Assembly (NCBI GenBank): GCA_963789265.1
Contig: CAWBKB010000003.1
Coordinates: 384,001 to 448,000, forward strand
DNA from: an uncultured delta proteobacterium
Lineage (GTDB): Bacteria; Desulfobacterota; Desulfomonilia; Desulfomonilales; Desulfomonilaceae
Length of the DNA stretch: 64,000 nt
Direction: 5' to 3'
Position numbers and translations under genes: made by a program. Position 1 is the first letter of the stretch. The number at the start of each line of letters is the position of its first letter. The notes below the pieces were generated by a model. It saw only the letters and a program-made list of their open reading frames with translations, did no database searches and was not told where the DNA came from. Of this stretch, positions 39,870 through 52,197 are shown piece by piece.

Positions 39870-41312
39870 ATGGATTCAAGGCTTAGCATTTTCAAAAATA
39901 CTCTGGCTCTCTCAGTACCCAACGTACTTAATCCCTTCATATCCTTCATATTGGTGCTGGTGATATCACATTACATAGGTGTCAAAGGTTTGGGGGAGTA
40001 CTCACTCGTCCTTTCGTACTTAGGAATTTTCAATACGCTTGCCGCGCTGGGTTTGGAAGATCTCGTCGTAAGAGAGGTGACGAGAAGACCTGACGATGCG
40101 CACATGTTTTTTCTCAACGCGGGTATTTTCGGGTCAATCTCTTCGCTGCTCGCGCTGGTGGCAATGGACGTGCTGGTGGCGGTGATGGGATACGAAAAGC
40201 AGGTGGTTTACGCTGCTTTCCTATGTTCTCTCTCTCGCGGCTTCAACCACCATGACCTATATGGAGGCTATTTTTCGGTCTGTGGAAAAAGCGGAATATG
40301 TGGCTTTCACCTATGTGCTGGAAAATCTTCTGAGAGTGGGTACATGTGTGTGGCTCTTGCTTCACGGGTACGGAATCGTGCCGCTATTTGGTGCAATTCT
40401 TGCAGCCGCATTTTCGGCTTCCTGGTGATGTCGTGTTTCTACGTAAAGGTGTTGGGTGTGCCGCGCGGTAAGTTAAATTTGGAAGTATGGCGCATATTGA
40501 TGAGGGAAGCACCCACGTTCACCAGCATTGCCATTTTTTCAACCATTCACCTAAGCATAGCTCAGATACTGCTTTCCAAACTGCAGTCAGTGGAATCGGT
40601 AGGGATTTTCAGTGCGGCTGACAGGCTTCTCGCTATATGTAAGACTGTGCCGGTGGCTTTTTCTTCCGCACTTCTCCCTTTCTTCACAAGGCACTTCGCT
40701 CTCGGTCCCAAGGATTTGATGCGGCTCGCGTCGGACTCATTGCGTTACCTGTTCGTGGGTGTCTTCCCGGTGGTGGTGGGCACGTTTGTCCTCGCTGACA
40801 GCATAATTACACAGATCTATGGGCAGAAGTTTTTCTTGGCAGGCACGGTGTTGAGGTTTCATATTTTGTCTCTTATTCCTTTCACCACCGTATATGTAAT
40901 GGCTCAGGTGCTCATCGCAACCGACAATCAGAAGGTGGATTTAATGATCAATATTGTCGCAGCGATAACAAATTTCATCCTGAATCTGCTCCTTATACCT
41001 CATTTTGCTGAGTTGGGAGCTGTTTTTGCCACACTCTTCACTGTCATAATATTCAATCAACTTCAGAATCTATACATCCGAAGGTACCTTTTCAGAATAA
41101 AGTTTACGGAAATTGTTACAAAGGTGCTTATTTCTTCTTTGATAATGGGAGCGTTCACCTATGCTTTGAGAGAGTGGAACATTTTCCTTAATATTGCCAT
41201 ATCGGCTATTGTGTACGGGTCGCTTATTGTTTTATTGCAAGTAGTTTCCCGCGATGAAATCGAATTCTTGGAAAGGTTAATAATGCGCAAAGCGAGAAGG
41301 GTTGACGGATGA
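39870..41312 (+). CDS. Wzx-type polysaccharide flippase (about 57 codons out of frame between two compensating indels)
   Basis: IFKNTL, GLGEYS, VGIFSAA, LNLLLIP..GAVFAT; hydrophobic sense frame shifts between about 40230 and 40408. Confidence 0.88.
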   Translation: MDSRLSIFKNTLALSVPNVLNPFISFILVLVISHYIGVKGLGEYSLVLSYLGIFNTLAALGLEDLVVREVTRRPDDAHMFFLNAGIFGSISSLLALVAMDVLVAVMGYEKQVVYAAFLCSLSRGFNHHDLYGGYFSVCGKSGICGFHLCAGKSSESGYMCVALASRVRNRAAIWCNSCSRIFGFLVMSCFYVKVLGVPRGKLNLEVWRILMREAPTFTSIAIFSTIHLSIAQILLSKLQSVESVGIFSAADRLLAICKTVPVAFSSALLPFFTRHFALGPKDLMRLASDSLRYLFVGVFPVVVGTFVLADSIITQIYGQKFFLAGTVLRFHILSLIPFTTVYVMAQVLIATDNQKVDLMINIVAAITNFILNLLLIPHFAELGAVFATLFTVIIFNQLQNLYIRRYLFRIKFTEIVTKVLISSLIMGAFTYALREWNIFLNIAISAIVYGSLIVLLQVVSRDEIEFLERLIMRKARRVDG

Positions 41313-42691
41313 GAGGATATGCGAAAGCTTTGTTGCAGAGGCGAGTCCCCGCACCTGTGCTCAAATGGATTCAGCTCTTTGCTGATAGTCTGCCGCCGTC
41401 CGTAAGATACGGTCAGCCGTACAGGGATGCAGTCTCTCTGTTGAGCGGGAGTGAGACGTGGGATAAGCAGGCCCTGGCCGCATATCAGGAGAAGCGCCTC
41501 CGCATTCTGATCGACCATTGCTATGCCAATGTCCCCTATTACCGTGAGGTTTTTCAGCAACATGGCTACACGCCAAAAGACATCAGCACAATAGACGATC
41601 TGCAAAAGTTGCCTTTTCTAACCAAGGAAATTGTAAGAAGGCGGAAAAAAGACCTGCTCGCGACAAACATTTCGGTTCTGAACAGGGAGGAGGCCTACAC
41701 CAGCGGGAGCACCGGCGCCCCGCTCACCTTTTGCATGGACCAAACCACTAGGCCCATGGAAAGAGCCCTGGCCCATCGACATCTCTCGTGGCTGGGGTAT
41801 GAGGAAGGGGATAGATTAGCAAATTTCAAGGTTGCCCCTCTGGCCGATCCGAAGAGGTTCTATCGGTATTTTCGTGCGCGGGACGAGTTGAGGATTTCGT
41901 TTCTAGATATGGATGAGGAGCGCATCAGGAAGATGGTGGACCTGTTGGAAGAGTTCAAACCCGACTTCATTAGTGCGTGGCCGTCGTCGCTATATATACT
42001 GGCTCGGTGGATGGAAAGAAACAAAAGGACCATTCCACCTCCGAAATTCCTAGTAACCGGCTCGGAAAATCTGTATCCTCATATTACCGACCGAATAGAG
42101 GCGGTTTTCAAAGCGCCCGTGTCCGACTTTTACGGGCAGGAAGAATCGGTTGCCAGCGCCATTCAGTGTAATGTGTCACAGGGGTACCATATTCAGATGG
42201 AGACAGGTATAGTTGAGCTCGTTCCGTACAGAGAAGGGATGTCTGAGATAGTCGGAACAGGGCTTCACAATATGGCAATGCCCTTCATAAGGTACAAAAC
42301 TGGGGATCTGGCGCCGAACGGCTACGGCACCTGTTCCTGCGGAAGGAGCCACCCCACAATCCAGGGCATAATAGGCCGAGAAACTGATTTCATAGTCACA
42401 CCTGAAAGAAACGTTGTCTCGCCTCTGCTGCTGAATCACCCGTTTCACCATCTTGAAGAGATCAAGGAAGGTCAAATCGTTCAGGAAGATATCCAGACAC
42501 TTAGAATAAAAATAGTCCCTTGGGAGCAAGTCTCCGAGGATACCAGGGAGCGGCTAAGAAGCAATGTCGAGAACTGCCTGCCTTCCTCCACAATGAAGGT
42601 AATTATCGAAGAAGTGGGAGATATCCCTCGCACGGGTTGCTGCAAGAAACCTTTTATCGTATCTCGTATCCGCATCGAAGATTACTTGTAG
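41309..42691 (+). CDS. Phenylacetate-CoA ligase-like (CapK-type) adenylate-forming enzyme
   Basis: NVPYYRE, LPFLTKE, TSGSTGAP, FYGQEE, PFIRYKTGD, IIGR. Confidence 0.88.
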   Translation: MRGYAKALLQRRVPAPVLKWIQLFADSLPPSVRYGQPYRDAVSLLSGSETWDKQALAAYQEKRLRILIDHCYANVPYYREVFQQHGYTPKDISTIDDLQKLPFLTKEIVRRRKKDLLATNISVLNREEAYTSGSTGAPLTFCMDQTTRPMERALAHRHLSWLGYEEGDRLANFKVAPLADPKRFYRYFRARDELRISFLDMDEERIRKMVDLLEEFKPDFISAWPSSLYILARWMERNKRTIPPPKFLVTGSENLYPHITDRIEAVFKAPVSDFYGQEESVASAIQCNVSQGYHIQMETGIVELVPYREGMSEIVGTGLHNMAMPFIRYKTGDLAPNGYGTCSCGRSHPTIQGIIGRETDFIVTPERNVVSPLLLNHPFHHLEEIKEGQIVQEDIQTLRIKIVPWEQVSEDTRERLRSNVENCLPSSTMKVIIEEVGDIPRTGCCKKPFIVSRIRIEDYL

Positions 42692-42704
42692 AGGGAGGAT
42701 CGGC

Positions 42705-43811
42705 ATGAAGGACGTTCTTGTAGTGGGTCCAGTTCCCCCCCCTTATGGAGGTATAGCTTCAGTGCTGGAAGATATAGTCAACTCGGATCTCGCGAAGGAT
42801 TATGTTTTCGAAGTTTTTGACAGATCCGCCACGTTCCCGCCGGAAGCGCATGGGTTGATACGGAAGAACCTCTTCAGGGCGAAGCGGTTTATCCGATTCT
42901 TCAAAAAGATGAAGACCGGTAAGTACCACTTTGTTCATATTCATTCCCCGGATCCTGTCTTTTTGGGAACCACAATCTTCATGTTGCTTTCCCGTTTGGC
43001 CGGCGGAAAGATACTGCTTCATGTTCATGGGACGGATTGGGATCGTTTCTACACACGGGTTTCGCTTTTCAGGAAGTTCTATACAAGGATAGGGCTCGCC
43101 TTGCCCTCCAAGATCGTCGTGCTCTATCAGTTGTGGGTTGACAATGTTAAGAAACTGAGTCCGGACGCGGATGTTCGTATACTCCGGAATCTCGTCCATA
43201 CGCAGGGCCCTCCGGATCCGCATGAGATTGAGAGTGTGAGGCATAGCTTGGGCCTGACGATGGACAATTTCGCGGTAATTACAGTGGGGAGCGTGGGTTG
43301 GAGAAAGGGGAGCTTTGAAATTCTGAAGGCGGTACCGAAGGTCGTTTCAAAAGATGATTCTATAAGATTCATTTTGCTGGGAGGTGAAGAGGAGCCCGGC
43401 GAGATGGCACAGCTTACGGCCATAGTCAAAGCCGAAAAACTCGAGCCGTGGGTGCGCTTGACCGGTGAGTTGGAGCGAGAAAAAGTTCCATCCTTTTTAG
43501 GGCTTGCAGATGTATTTCTACTCCCTTCTTTCAAAGAAGGTATGCCGGTGACCATAATCGAAGCCATGCGCAGTGGGCTACCCATAATTTCGACGCGGGT
43601 GGCCGGAATTCCGGACATGATAGAGGATGGAGCTTCAGGATTGCTGATCAATCCCGGCTCGCCAGAGGAAATAGCCGAAGCTGTCCTCCGGCTGAAAAGT
43701 GACAAAGCTCTTCGCGTCAAGCTGGAGGCTGCCGCAAAGGCAACATTTGAGGAGAAATTCGAGTTTGCAAGGGGAATTGAACAAATAAGGGCTCTTTACA
43801 TGAGCATATAG
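42705..43811 (+). CDS. Glycosyltransferase family 4
   Basis: GPVPPPYGGI, LLPSFKEGMPVTIIEAM, GIPDMI. Confidence 0.92.
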   Translation: MKDVLVVGPVPPPYGGIASVLEDIVNSDLAKDYVFEVFDRSATFPPEAHGLIRKNLFRAKRFIRFFKKMKTGKYHFVHIHSPDPVFLGTTIFMLLSRLAGGKILLHVHGTDWDRFYTRVSLFRKFYTRIGLALPSKIVVLYQLWVDNVKKLSPDADVRILRNLVHTQGPPDPHEIESVRHSLGLTMDNFAVITVGSVGWRKGSFEILKAVPKVVSKDDSIRFILLGGEEEPGEMAQLTAIVKAEKLEPWVRLTGELEREKVPSFLGLADVFLLPSFKEGMPVTIIEAMRSGLPIISTRVAGIPDMIEDGASGLLINPGSPEEIAEAVLRLKSDKALRVKLEAAAKATFEEKFEFARGIEQIRALYMSI

Positions 43812-43852
43812 TCCAGGGTTCGCAGCCTACAACGGTGTATTGCAGAACCTAC

Positions 43853-45166
43853 CTAATCTGCGCTCCGCTTGGGCCTCTCCAGGAATGAAAATAGACCGCA
43901 CCCCGCCATGAGAGCTACTATGGGCATCACAGGGTGCCTTAATCGGCTGTATCCTACTCCGCCTGCCGCGGCCACCAAGATCAGGTAAGCGGCCACCACG
44001 AGGAGAATCATGAACTGCGTCCCATTTGACCATCGCCTGGATAAGACCCCGATAAATGCCAGTAGCCAGTACATCGAAAGCACAACAAACAGAGGCAGCT
44101 TTAAAATCCATTTGAGCCTCGCCCCTTTCGAAGAATCCGGATCGATTTTGGCCATCTGTAACAGCTCGGTGGCTCCTGTTTCCCGCAAAGTCGTCATCGC
44201 AGTTTGAGCAAAGAGCTTGAAGAAGGTCCAGGGGTTATCCTTGACCAACTTGATCCCCTCTCGGCCACGATAACGATATATTGCGTTTCGACTCCAAGTC
44301 CGCTGTTCGGGGTGGAGTGTAAAATAGATTGCCGGCTCACCGTATCCCATATTCTTTCGCTGCTCGGGAGGCTCTATCCCGTTCTTTTTGGCAAGAATTT
44401 CCCCGCCGACGTAGAAGTAGAGGTTTTGGTCCGAGATGGCGGAAAAGCCGGAGTACCCTGTCTCGATTTTATTGCGTGCCTGCCATACGATAATGAGACC
44501 CATAGAAATTATGAAGAATGCGGCTGTATGAAGGAGCAATTTCCGATCCACTGTTCGTCTCAGAAACGTCCAGGACACAAGTGCAAAGACGATGAGGCAG
44601 GGAATAAAGTAGGAAATAGGTCGTACGTAAGTTGTGGCGGCCACTGCAGCGGCCGACAGGACTATATCGGATAGAGCGTGGGTCTTCAGATACTTGAGCA
44701 GAAAATAGAGAAAGATCAAGAAAAGAGTTGCGTACAAGGTTTCACTGTAAAGCATGCTGGCATACATAATCGAAAGCGGTTCGACCGCATAGAGGGCCGC
44801 AGACAGAATCGCGATTTCGCGTCTGTCGAACAAAAGAATCCCGATTCGGTAGACCAGAAACACACTGAAACAGCTCAAGATAATCTGTATCGCGATGGTG
44901 ACGGGTCCAATACTTCGGAACAGTATCCCAGGTATGAATAATATCGAGTAGCCGGGCGTGCGCTCGATTTCAGGCTGCCCGTTGGCCACGTACCGGCCGG
45001 ACGCTATGAGGCTCTCGGCCGGCGCTACATATTCCATCGTATCATTGTTATAAAAAACCTTTATATCCTTGCTCAGGCCAAACACGATGAGAGGAAAGGC
45101 CAAGCGCAGAACAAAGGCCACGATAATTACACCCAACATCCGCGCTTGGTAATTTGCCGTAATCAC
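43853..45166 (-). CDS. GT-C fold (ArnT/GT39-like) membrane glycosyltransferase
   Basis: NDTMEY, RTPGY, SETL motifs; more than ten hydrophobic segments. Confidence 0.75.
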   Translation of the reverse strand: MITANYQARMLGVIIVAFVLRLAFPLIVFGLSKDIKVFYNNDTMEYVAPAESLIASGRYVANGQPEIERTPGYSILFIPGILFRSIGPVTIAIQIILSCFSVFLVYRIGILLFDRREIAILSAALYAVEPLSIMYASMLYSETLYATLFLIFLYFLLKYLKTHALSDIVLSAAAVAATTYVRPISYFIPCLIVFALVSWTFLRRTVDRKLLLHTAAFFIISMGLIIVWQARNKIETGYSGFSAISDQNLYFYVGGEILAKKNGIEPPEQRKNMGYGEPAIYFTLHPEQRTWSRNAIYRYRGREGIKLVKDNPWTFFKLFAQTAMTTLRETGATELLQMAKIDPDSSKGARLKWILKLPLFVVLSMYWLLAFIGVLSRRWSNGTQFMILLVVAAYLILVAAAGGVGYSRLRHPVMPIVALMAGCGLFSFLERPKRSAD

Positions 45167-45250
45167 CGCACCCGATCCTTAATTGCACTTGCCGTATCCT
45201 GGCTCATATAGGGATTCTAGAAAGCAATAACGGAAGAAGGAAATGAATTG

Positions 45251-45307
45251 GTGGCGACGGGCATCTTGCCCGTCATTTCCAATTAACAGGCTGGAAGCCT
45301 GTCCCAC
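45251..45307. repeat. GTGG...CCAC REP-like doublet
   Basis: GACGGGCATCTTGCCCGTC and ACAGGCTGGAAGCCTGTCCCAC hairpins. Confidence 0.6.
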
Positions 45308-45364
45308 TGATCTATATTAGGTACTAACATGTATAACGCATAACGGCAATTCTTTCGAGAACCA

Positions 45365-46480
45365 CTATATCGAGCCGCGTCCGCGCCGACGATCAACCAG
45401 AGACCGGACCAGTTCCGCGTACGCATCCCCGATCTTTTGCCACGAGAAGTTTTCCTCAGCCATAAGTCTGGCCCGATTTCCCATCTCTGCGAGAGTTCCG
45501 TGAGACACCTTTGCCACTTCTTCCATAGTTGCCGCCATCGCTTCAGGCGACGGATCCGAAACAAAGCCACACTGGTATTTCCGCACGAAATTCGCGGTTT
45601 CGTCTACGTCGTTGACCATGATTGGCCTGCCCAGTGCCGCATATTCGGCGAACTTTGTCGGAAAGGCGTGACGGAGAGCCGGATGGTTGATCCTGGGTAT
45701 GATGAAGACGGCAACAGATCTCATCATATTTGTGAGCGCCACTCTGTCCAGTCGATCGACCAGTTTCACCCTACTTCCGAACTTTTCTGCAAACTGTTGT
45801 TTGAGAGCTAGATCGCTTTCGGTGAAACCCACCACGAGCAGGCGGTTATTCGGATTTTTGACCCTCTCGAATGCTTCGATGAGGTTGTCTATGTTTTGCC
45901 AGGTCTGAAACGCGCCGGCATAAGCAAAGGTGAACTCGGGTTGTTCCGGAAAAGGCAGTTGCCTAAACAGGTCCAAATCGACTCCGTTGCGTATGATTCC
46001 CACCTGATCCCGAAGCAAGCCTTCCCGTACAAGTGCTTCGGTGTGAGGTTGACACACTGTAATCACATAATCGGCGCAAGCAATTGCCATACGTGAGACA
46101 ATTTTCACCCTTAATGACGCGCTTGTGATGCGGCCCGAGGAACGAACCTGCCTTTCCAGAGCCGACTGGGCAACGGGATCGCCGTGAATATCGTGTATAA
46201 TAGGTCCGTTAACGAACGGCCTGCAAAAGAACAAAGCCTGGCCCGCGCCTTCGGCTCCCGTATAGATGAAATCGTATTTGCGGAGGGTTCTGAGCCAAAA
46301 AGGCATGAAAAAAGACGCACTAGTCTGTTTATGCAGAGGAAAGTTGTCTTTCATATAGAAGAAGTCGCAGTCGATGGATCGCTTCACCAGACACTTCGCC
46401 AGGTTCTCCACTCGGTGAGTGTATGCGGAAGTATCTTTCGAATCTGCCTGAGAAATAACTATTCCTCTTAGATTCATCAC
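45365..46480 (-). CDS. Glycosyltransferase family 4
   Basis: IRNGVDL, AYAG, FPTKFAEYAALGRP, NFSW. Confidence 0.88.
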   Translation of the reverse strand: MMNLRGIVISQADSKDTSAYTHRVENLAKCLVKRSIDCDFFYMKDNFPLHKQTSASFFMPFWLRTLRKYDFIYTGAEGAGQALFFCRPFVNGPIIHDIHGDPVAQSALERQVRSSGRITSASLRVKIVSRMAIACADYVITVCQPHTEALVREGLLRDQVGIIRNGVDLDLFRQLPFPEQPEFTFAYAGAFQTWQNIDNLIEAFERVKNPNNRLLVVGFTESDLALKQQFAEKFGSRVKLVDRLDRVALTNMMRSVAVFIIPRINHPALRHAFPTKFAEYAALGRPIMVNDVDETANFVRKYQCGFVSDPSPEAMAATMEEVAKVSHGTLAEMGNRARLMAEENFSWQKIGDAYAELVRSLVDRRRGRGSI

Positions 46481-46694
46481 CGATCCTTACTCATTGTCCA
46501 CAATTATATGACAGTCCAGTTTTGCCCCTCCTGAATTTCATCACCGGGGGAAGCCAATTAAATTCCAATATTATCCCGACAACATTCCGACTGTGGCAAT
46601 CAATGGCAACATTTATCGCGAGACTTTTATCCCTCTAATTTCCTAAGAATAATAGGCTCTCGCTAACTCGTCAATCGTCTACCTGGACCTGGGA

Positions 46695-47124
46695 TCATTT
46701 GATGGAATAGCCTGCGACTCTACATTTCCCGTCTTTATCCAACATTGGCGTAACGGTCTCTACTGCATCTTTCTTGTTTTCGAAGGATGTTTTGTATTGG
46801 ATTACAACTGTACTGGCCGTCCGGTGCGCCCGGCAGACTCGTGGTGAACTTTTTCATGGTCAATTCCCTTGACAAGACCTTGCCAAGAGGCTGCCTGACT
46901 GCCTTTAGGGCGCTTTCCCACTTCTCCTTGCTTAGTGCCTTCCTGAAATAGTCTGCAGCCTGATCCCAGCTCTCCCCATACTTCCCGGAATCAACCAATG
47001 CCAGCCATGCTTTTGAAGCAGCAACCGCGGCTTCTTCCTGCACCTGATCCGCTTTCAGGGACAGAGGCAGGGTGAGCAATAAGCTGACCGCCAGCGCCCC
47101 GACCATCTTCTTGACTGACCTCAT
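46695..47124 (-). pseudogene. DUF4019-like exported protein with a 1-bp insertion at about 46809
   Basis: [24 protein letters not shown]; alternate frame continues [33 protein letters not shown]. Confidence 0.75.
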
Positions 47125-47244
47125 GGAATTCTCCTTATTTTGTACGGATATTACCTAATACGATGTCACTAATGCCTAGTAGTTTAACCACTCGCGCACT
47201 TGTCCCCCATTGTACTCTTCCAGGCTCGGGCAAGTATTGAGCCT

Positions 47245-47478
47245 TTATCGACACAGGGACCTGCATAGGTCTGTTCTGTCCGGGTCCCAATGTCCCACAA
47301 TCATACAATCATTGAAGCATTTTTCAAAATCTCTAGTTTGTTTGCTCTGGTGAGCATCGGCTTCCTCGTGACCTCTGGATCCAGCTTTCCAACTGTTCAG
47401 CAGAGTGAATGCCAGAACAGTGAAGCCGCCCACTCCGGCGACGAGTAATACCAGAACTATGATGAGGCTGTAATCCAT
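47245..47478 (-). CDS. Small membrane-anchored hypothetical protein with four C-terminal Cys
   Basis: AGGAG RBS; N-terminal TM; CFNDC..CRSLC. Confidence 0.6.
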   Translation of the reverse strand: MDYSLIIVLVLLVAGVGGFTVLAFTLLNSWKAGSRGHEEADAHQSKQTRDFEKCFNDCMIVGHWDPDRTDLCRSLCR

Positions 47479-47782
47479 GATTTTCTCCTTTTTCTCGCGT
47501 CCGTCCTCATTAGCGTTAGATGCAGGAATGAGCCCCAGGATTTTTTTATAAATGATAACAGGCTGGAAACTTGGGTTGACTAGAATAACCAGGTTGTGGC
47601 TGAGCTTCTGCCAACATTAAAATAATGGGCTGATTTTATCGGGAGAAAGCGAACTACAGGCTAAGCATTGAGAAAGAGGGCTGTTTGTCAACGAGTCACG
47701 AGAGCGGTCCCACTGCAAAGAAATTTTGTTTTTAAGGCCCGCTCGACAGACTCTTGTACGAGTCGAAAGACCGCGCAAGAAT

Positions 47783-47815
47783 AGAGCCACAGGTGCACGC
47801 CGTGGCTCTTTCTTT
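47783..47815. terminator. Hairpin / probable terminator
   Basis: AGAGCCAC / GTGGCTCT stem with T-rich flank. Confidence 0.45.
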
Positions 47816-47885
47816 CAGCACGAATGGTTGATAGATTCTCGATGAGAGCAAGGACACCTAATATCGCGGGTTTTAGCCAATTTGC

Positions 47886-48353
47886 CTACTTGTAATACCC
47901 TACACCCACATAAATGTTGTACCCCGGGATCCGCTTAACATAAGTCCGCTTCAGGAATTCGCCTTGTTGCCCGGGTTTTGCCCACCAATAATCTACCCAA
48001 CCGGAACCCCGTTCCTCTACGATTTTCTGGAACTCTTGGAACAGGAGGCTTCCTTTGGTATCCCGGAGATGCTCCACGCTCCTACCTACAAGGTCGTGTC
48101 TGTACGGATGAGCCAACATCACGTTTTTCATCGAGCACGCAAAAACATACAGCTCTTTATCAATGAAAGGCCCTTTTGATACCGAGAATACCTTGAGGGC
48201 ATAATCAACCCCCTTTTCCCGGATGAATGCGTCGGCCTTTTCAACCATTGCCACGCAATCTGCGGGCCTGTGCGATACAAACGCATGGACCGGAACAGTG
48301 CCTATTGCGACAAGGGCGAACAGGATGAACAGTTTGACTTCGCGTGCTTTCAT
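47886..48353 (-). CDS. Stand-alone single Cache domain protein
   Basis: Signal peptide; ELYVF, LAHP..LVG, GSGWVDYWW, KRTYV, VGVGYY. Confidence 0.88.
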   Translation of the reverse strand: MKAREVKLFILFALVAIGTVPVHAFVSHRPADCVAMVEKADAFIREKGVDYALKVFSVSKGPFIDKELYVFACSMKNVMLAHPYRHDLVGRSVEHLRDTKGSLLFQEFQKIVEERGSGWVDYWWAKPGQQGEFLKRTYVKRIPGYNIYVGVGYYK

Positions 48354-48715
48354 TTTTCGACTCCTTTCTTCCCTCTCGGGATTAGTTTGAATGGCGCAGC
48401 ATTGTCTTACTGCTCCACTATTCGGGAAGAATGAAACGATCGTTAGTTTTGAAATAATTTGGTGTGGAAGAAAATTCAGTTCCATGAAGCTCGGTACAGG
48501 CGATCAGCGGTTGCCATGGGCGAAGTCCTTCCGCCCCTGCGAATCGGTAATCGCCCGCATGACGGCCGGTTTTCTCCACGATGACCGGCTAAAAGTTATT
48601 TATTCCGTTTGGTTGATGAAATCGGACGGATGTTCTTGAATCTTTTTAAGCGATCGCGCATCCGCTGTTTATAGAGAATAATCTCGACTTATTGGGATTC
48701 ATGAAGGAGACCAAA

Positions 48716-48895
48716 ATGGCGATAGAATCAATTTTTGCCATAGTGCTGCTGGTGTTGGCCGTATTACTCTTCGGGACGGTTTCTCCTGGTAAGGAACAGG
48801 CGGAAGGGAATTATAGAGTCCGAGGTTGGATTCAAGGACTGTTACGATCTTTGCCTGAACGACCCCGAACAGGCAGAAGCCTCGCGTTCCTGTAA
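48716..48895 (+). CDS. Small membrane hypothetical protein
   Basis: AAGGAG RBS; N-terminal TM. Confidence 0.45.
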   Translation: MAIESIFAIVLLVLAVLLFGTVSPGKEQAEGNYRVRGWIQGLLRSLPERPRTGRSLAFL

Positions 48896-48990
48896 GACCA
48901 TGTGCATGTCCTACGGCGGAGCATAGGCGGAATTGGAGGAGGGCAGCCCGAAGACGTGGATACGGCTTTGCTTTTAAACACGCAAGAAGG

Positions 48991-49026
48991 GGGAGGCCTC
49001 TCCGATCTGAAGGGCCTCCCGATTTT
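48991..49026. terminator. Probable bidirectional terminator after eno
   Basis: GGGAGGCC / GGCCTCCC stem between convergent genes. Confidence 0.55.
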
Positions 49027-49067
49027 AGCAATGAGTTCGAACTGGAAGCGGTGAACGTGTGTCACGA

Positions 49068-50783
<1,716 letters not shown>

Positions 50784-50890
50784 TCTTGAGGCCCGCTGAA
50801 CGGTTACCTTCAGTTGATCCGAGGCCATGACTCCAATTCCTTTCGTAACAATGATTCATAATGCAAAACATGAATCATAACAATATAATC

Positions 50891-51043
50891 TCACACCGGC
50901 TCAAGATAAACCTCGATAGCCTCGTGAATATGCCTGAGGGCTTCTTCCTCGGTTTCGCCTTCGCTGATGCAACCGGGCAGCGAAGGAACATGGACCGCAA
51001 AGCCACTTTCTTCGCTTGGCTCCGAAACTACCTTAAGACGCAT
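50891..51043 (-). pseudogene. hicB: HicB-family antitoxin, short or truncated (50 aa), no HicA partner seen
   Basis: MRLKVVSEPSEESGFAVHVPSLPGCISEGETEEEALRHIHEAIEVYLEPV*; GAGGAG RBS. Confidence 0.8.
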
Positions 51044-51225
51044 GCCTGAACTCCTCTGGTGATCACGTGCAGTGCTAATTCATACTAGAGCGCTTGATCA
51101 GAAAAGCGATATTCACTACCGACGCCGCTTTACCCCATGCAGCAGTGCTTGCCACCCGCCAGCAAGAAACGAGTAAGGTCTCTCTGGAATGTCCCCTCCC
51201 CTTGAGAGCCCAATTAACTGACAAG

Positions 51226-51588
51226 CTATATCCATGCATCCGTTGGGGCTGTCTTGTCGCCGCTGACGCCACCCGTGTTGACTGTCCCCGCTGTCTCCAC
51301 GAGCATAGCACGGCATTCACTTCCTGCCGAGGTCTTGTGTTCCACTCCCTTCGGAACGACGAACATCTCCCCATTCTTTACGGACACATCGCCATCCCGG
51401 AAGTGAATGATCATTGCTCCGTCCAGCACGATGAACACCTCATCGGTGTCTTGATGGTCGTGCCAAACGAACTCTCCCTGAAATTTGACGAGCTTGAAGT
51501 GATAGTCGTTCATCCGGGCAATGATCTTCGGGGACCAGTGCTCGGAGAACTTGGCGAATTTATCGCTGAAGTTGATTGCGGATTTCAT
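51226..51588 (-). CDS. Cupin domain protein
   Basis: [33 protein letters not shown]. Confidence 0.92.
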   Translation of the reverse strand: MKSAINFSDKFAKFSEHWSPKIIARMNDYHFKLVKFQGEFVWHDHQDTDEVFIVLDGAMIIHFRDGDVSVKNGEMFVVPKGVEHKTSAGSECRAMLVETAGTVNTGGVSGDKTAPTDAWI

Positions 51589-51746
51589 GTGCCTACGTTC
51601 TCCATATCGACTAACATTATGCCGGAAAAACCTCCTTACAGAAATCCCTCCACACCTTACTGCGAAATGTCGGGCCGAACGATCGCAAGGATCTCTCATA
51701 GCGGCCAGCAATCAGGCTGAAAGGATTATCATAGTTCCGACAAACG

Positions 51747-52081
51747 TCATGGGGAGTTGCTCGTTCGCTTGACTCCTTTGTCAGGCACTTTTTGATTCGC
51801 TCTGAGCTCGCGTTTCACTTCAAAAAGGGCAATTTCCTCAAGTTCGATCCGTTCACGAATAATACGTGTAAGCCATCCTTCGAGCCCCTTTTCTCTATGG
51901 AGCTTAGCCAGAAAAGAAGCTCTCGCGGCGAGATGGGCAGGAATGGGCACAGAAGCTGCTTTGGTCTTTTCAACCTGAAGGGCTCTTCCCAAGCTGAATC
52001 GTCGCCGGCTTGTGCCTCCACGATCCTATCTATTTCTTCCTGAGAAGGTTTCATGCTCTCGGTTTTACTCTTTGTTGTCAT
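51747..52081 (-). pseudogene. Small antitoxin-like (possible CopG/RHH) hypothetical protein, 1-bp frameshift at about 51980
   Basis: EEIDRIVEAQAGDDSAWEEP and LQVEKTKAASVPIPAHLAARASFLAKLHRE..WLTRIIRERIELEE join if one C is added to CCC. Confidence 0.6.
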
Positions 52082-52197
52082 ATCGGCTACCCCATAATGG
52101 AGTTTCCCCCTTCTCTCAGTATATTGCTTAAATTGTTTCACTTCACAAGTTTCCTTCTTTTTCTAAGCCTAACGGGTCTATAGAACGAGCCGCTGGC

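Noticed and set aside
50891..50893. Selenocysteine readthrough of the hicB TGA
   Set aside because: Not a Cys-equivalent position; the downstream hairpin is AT-rich and not SECIS-like.
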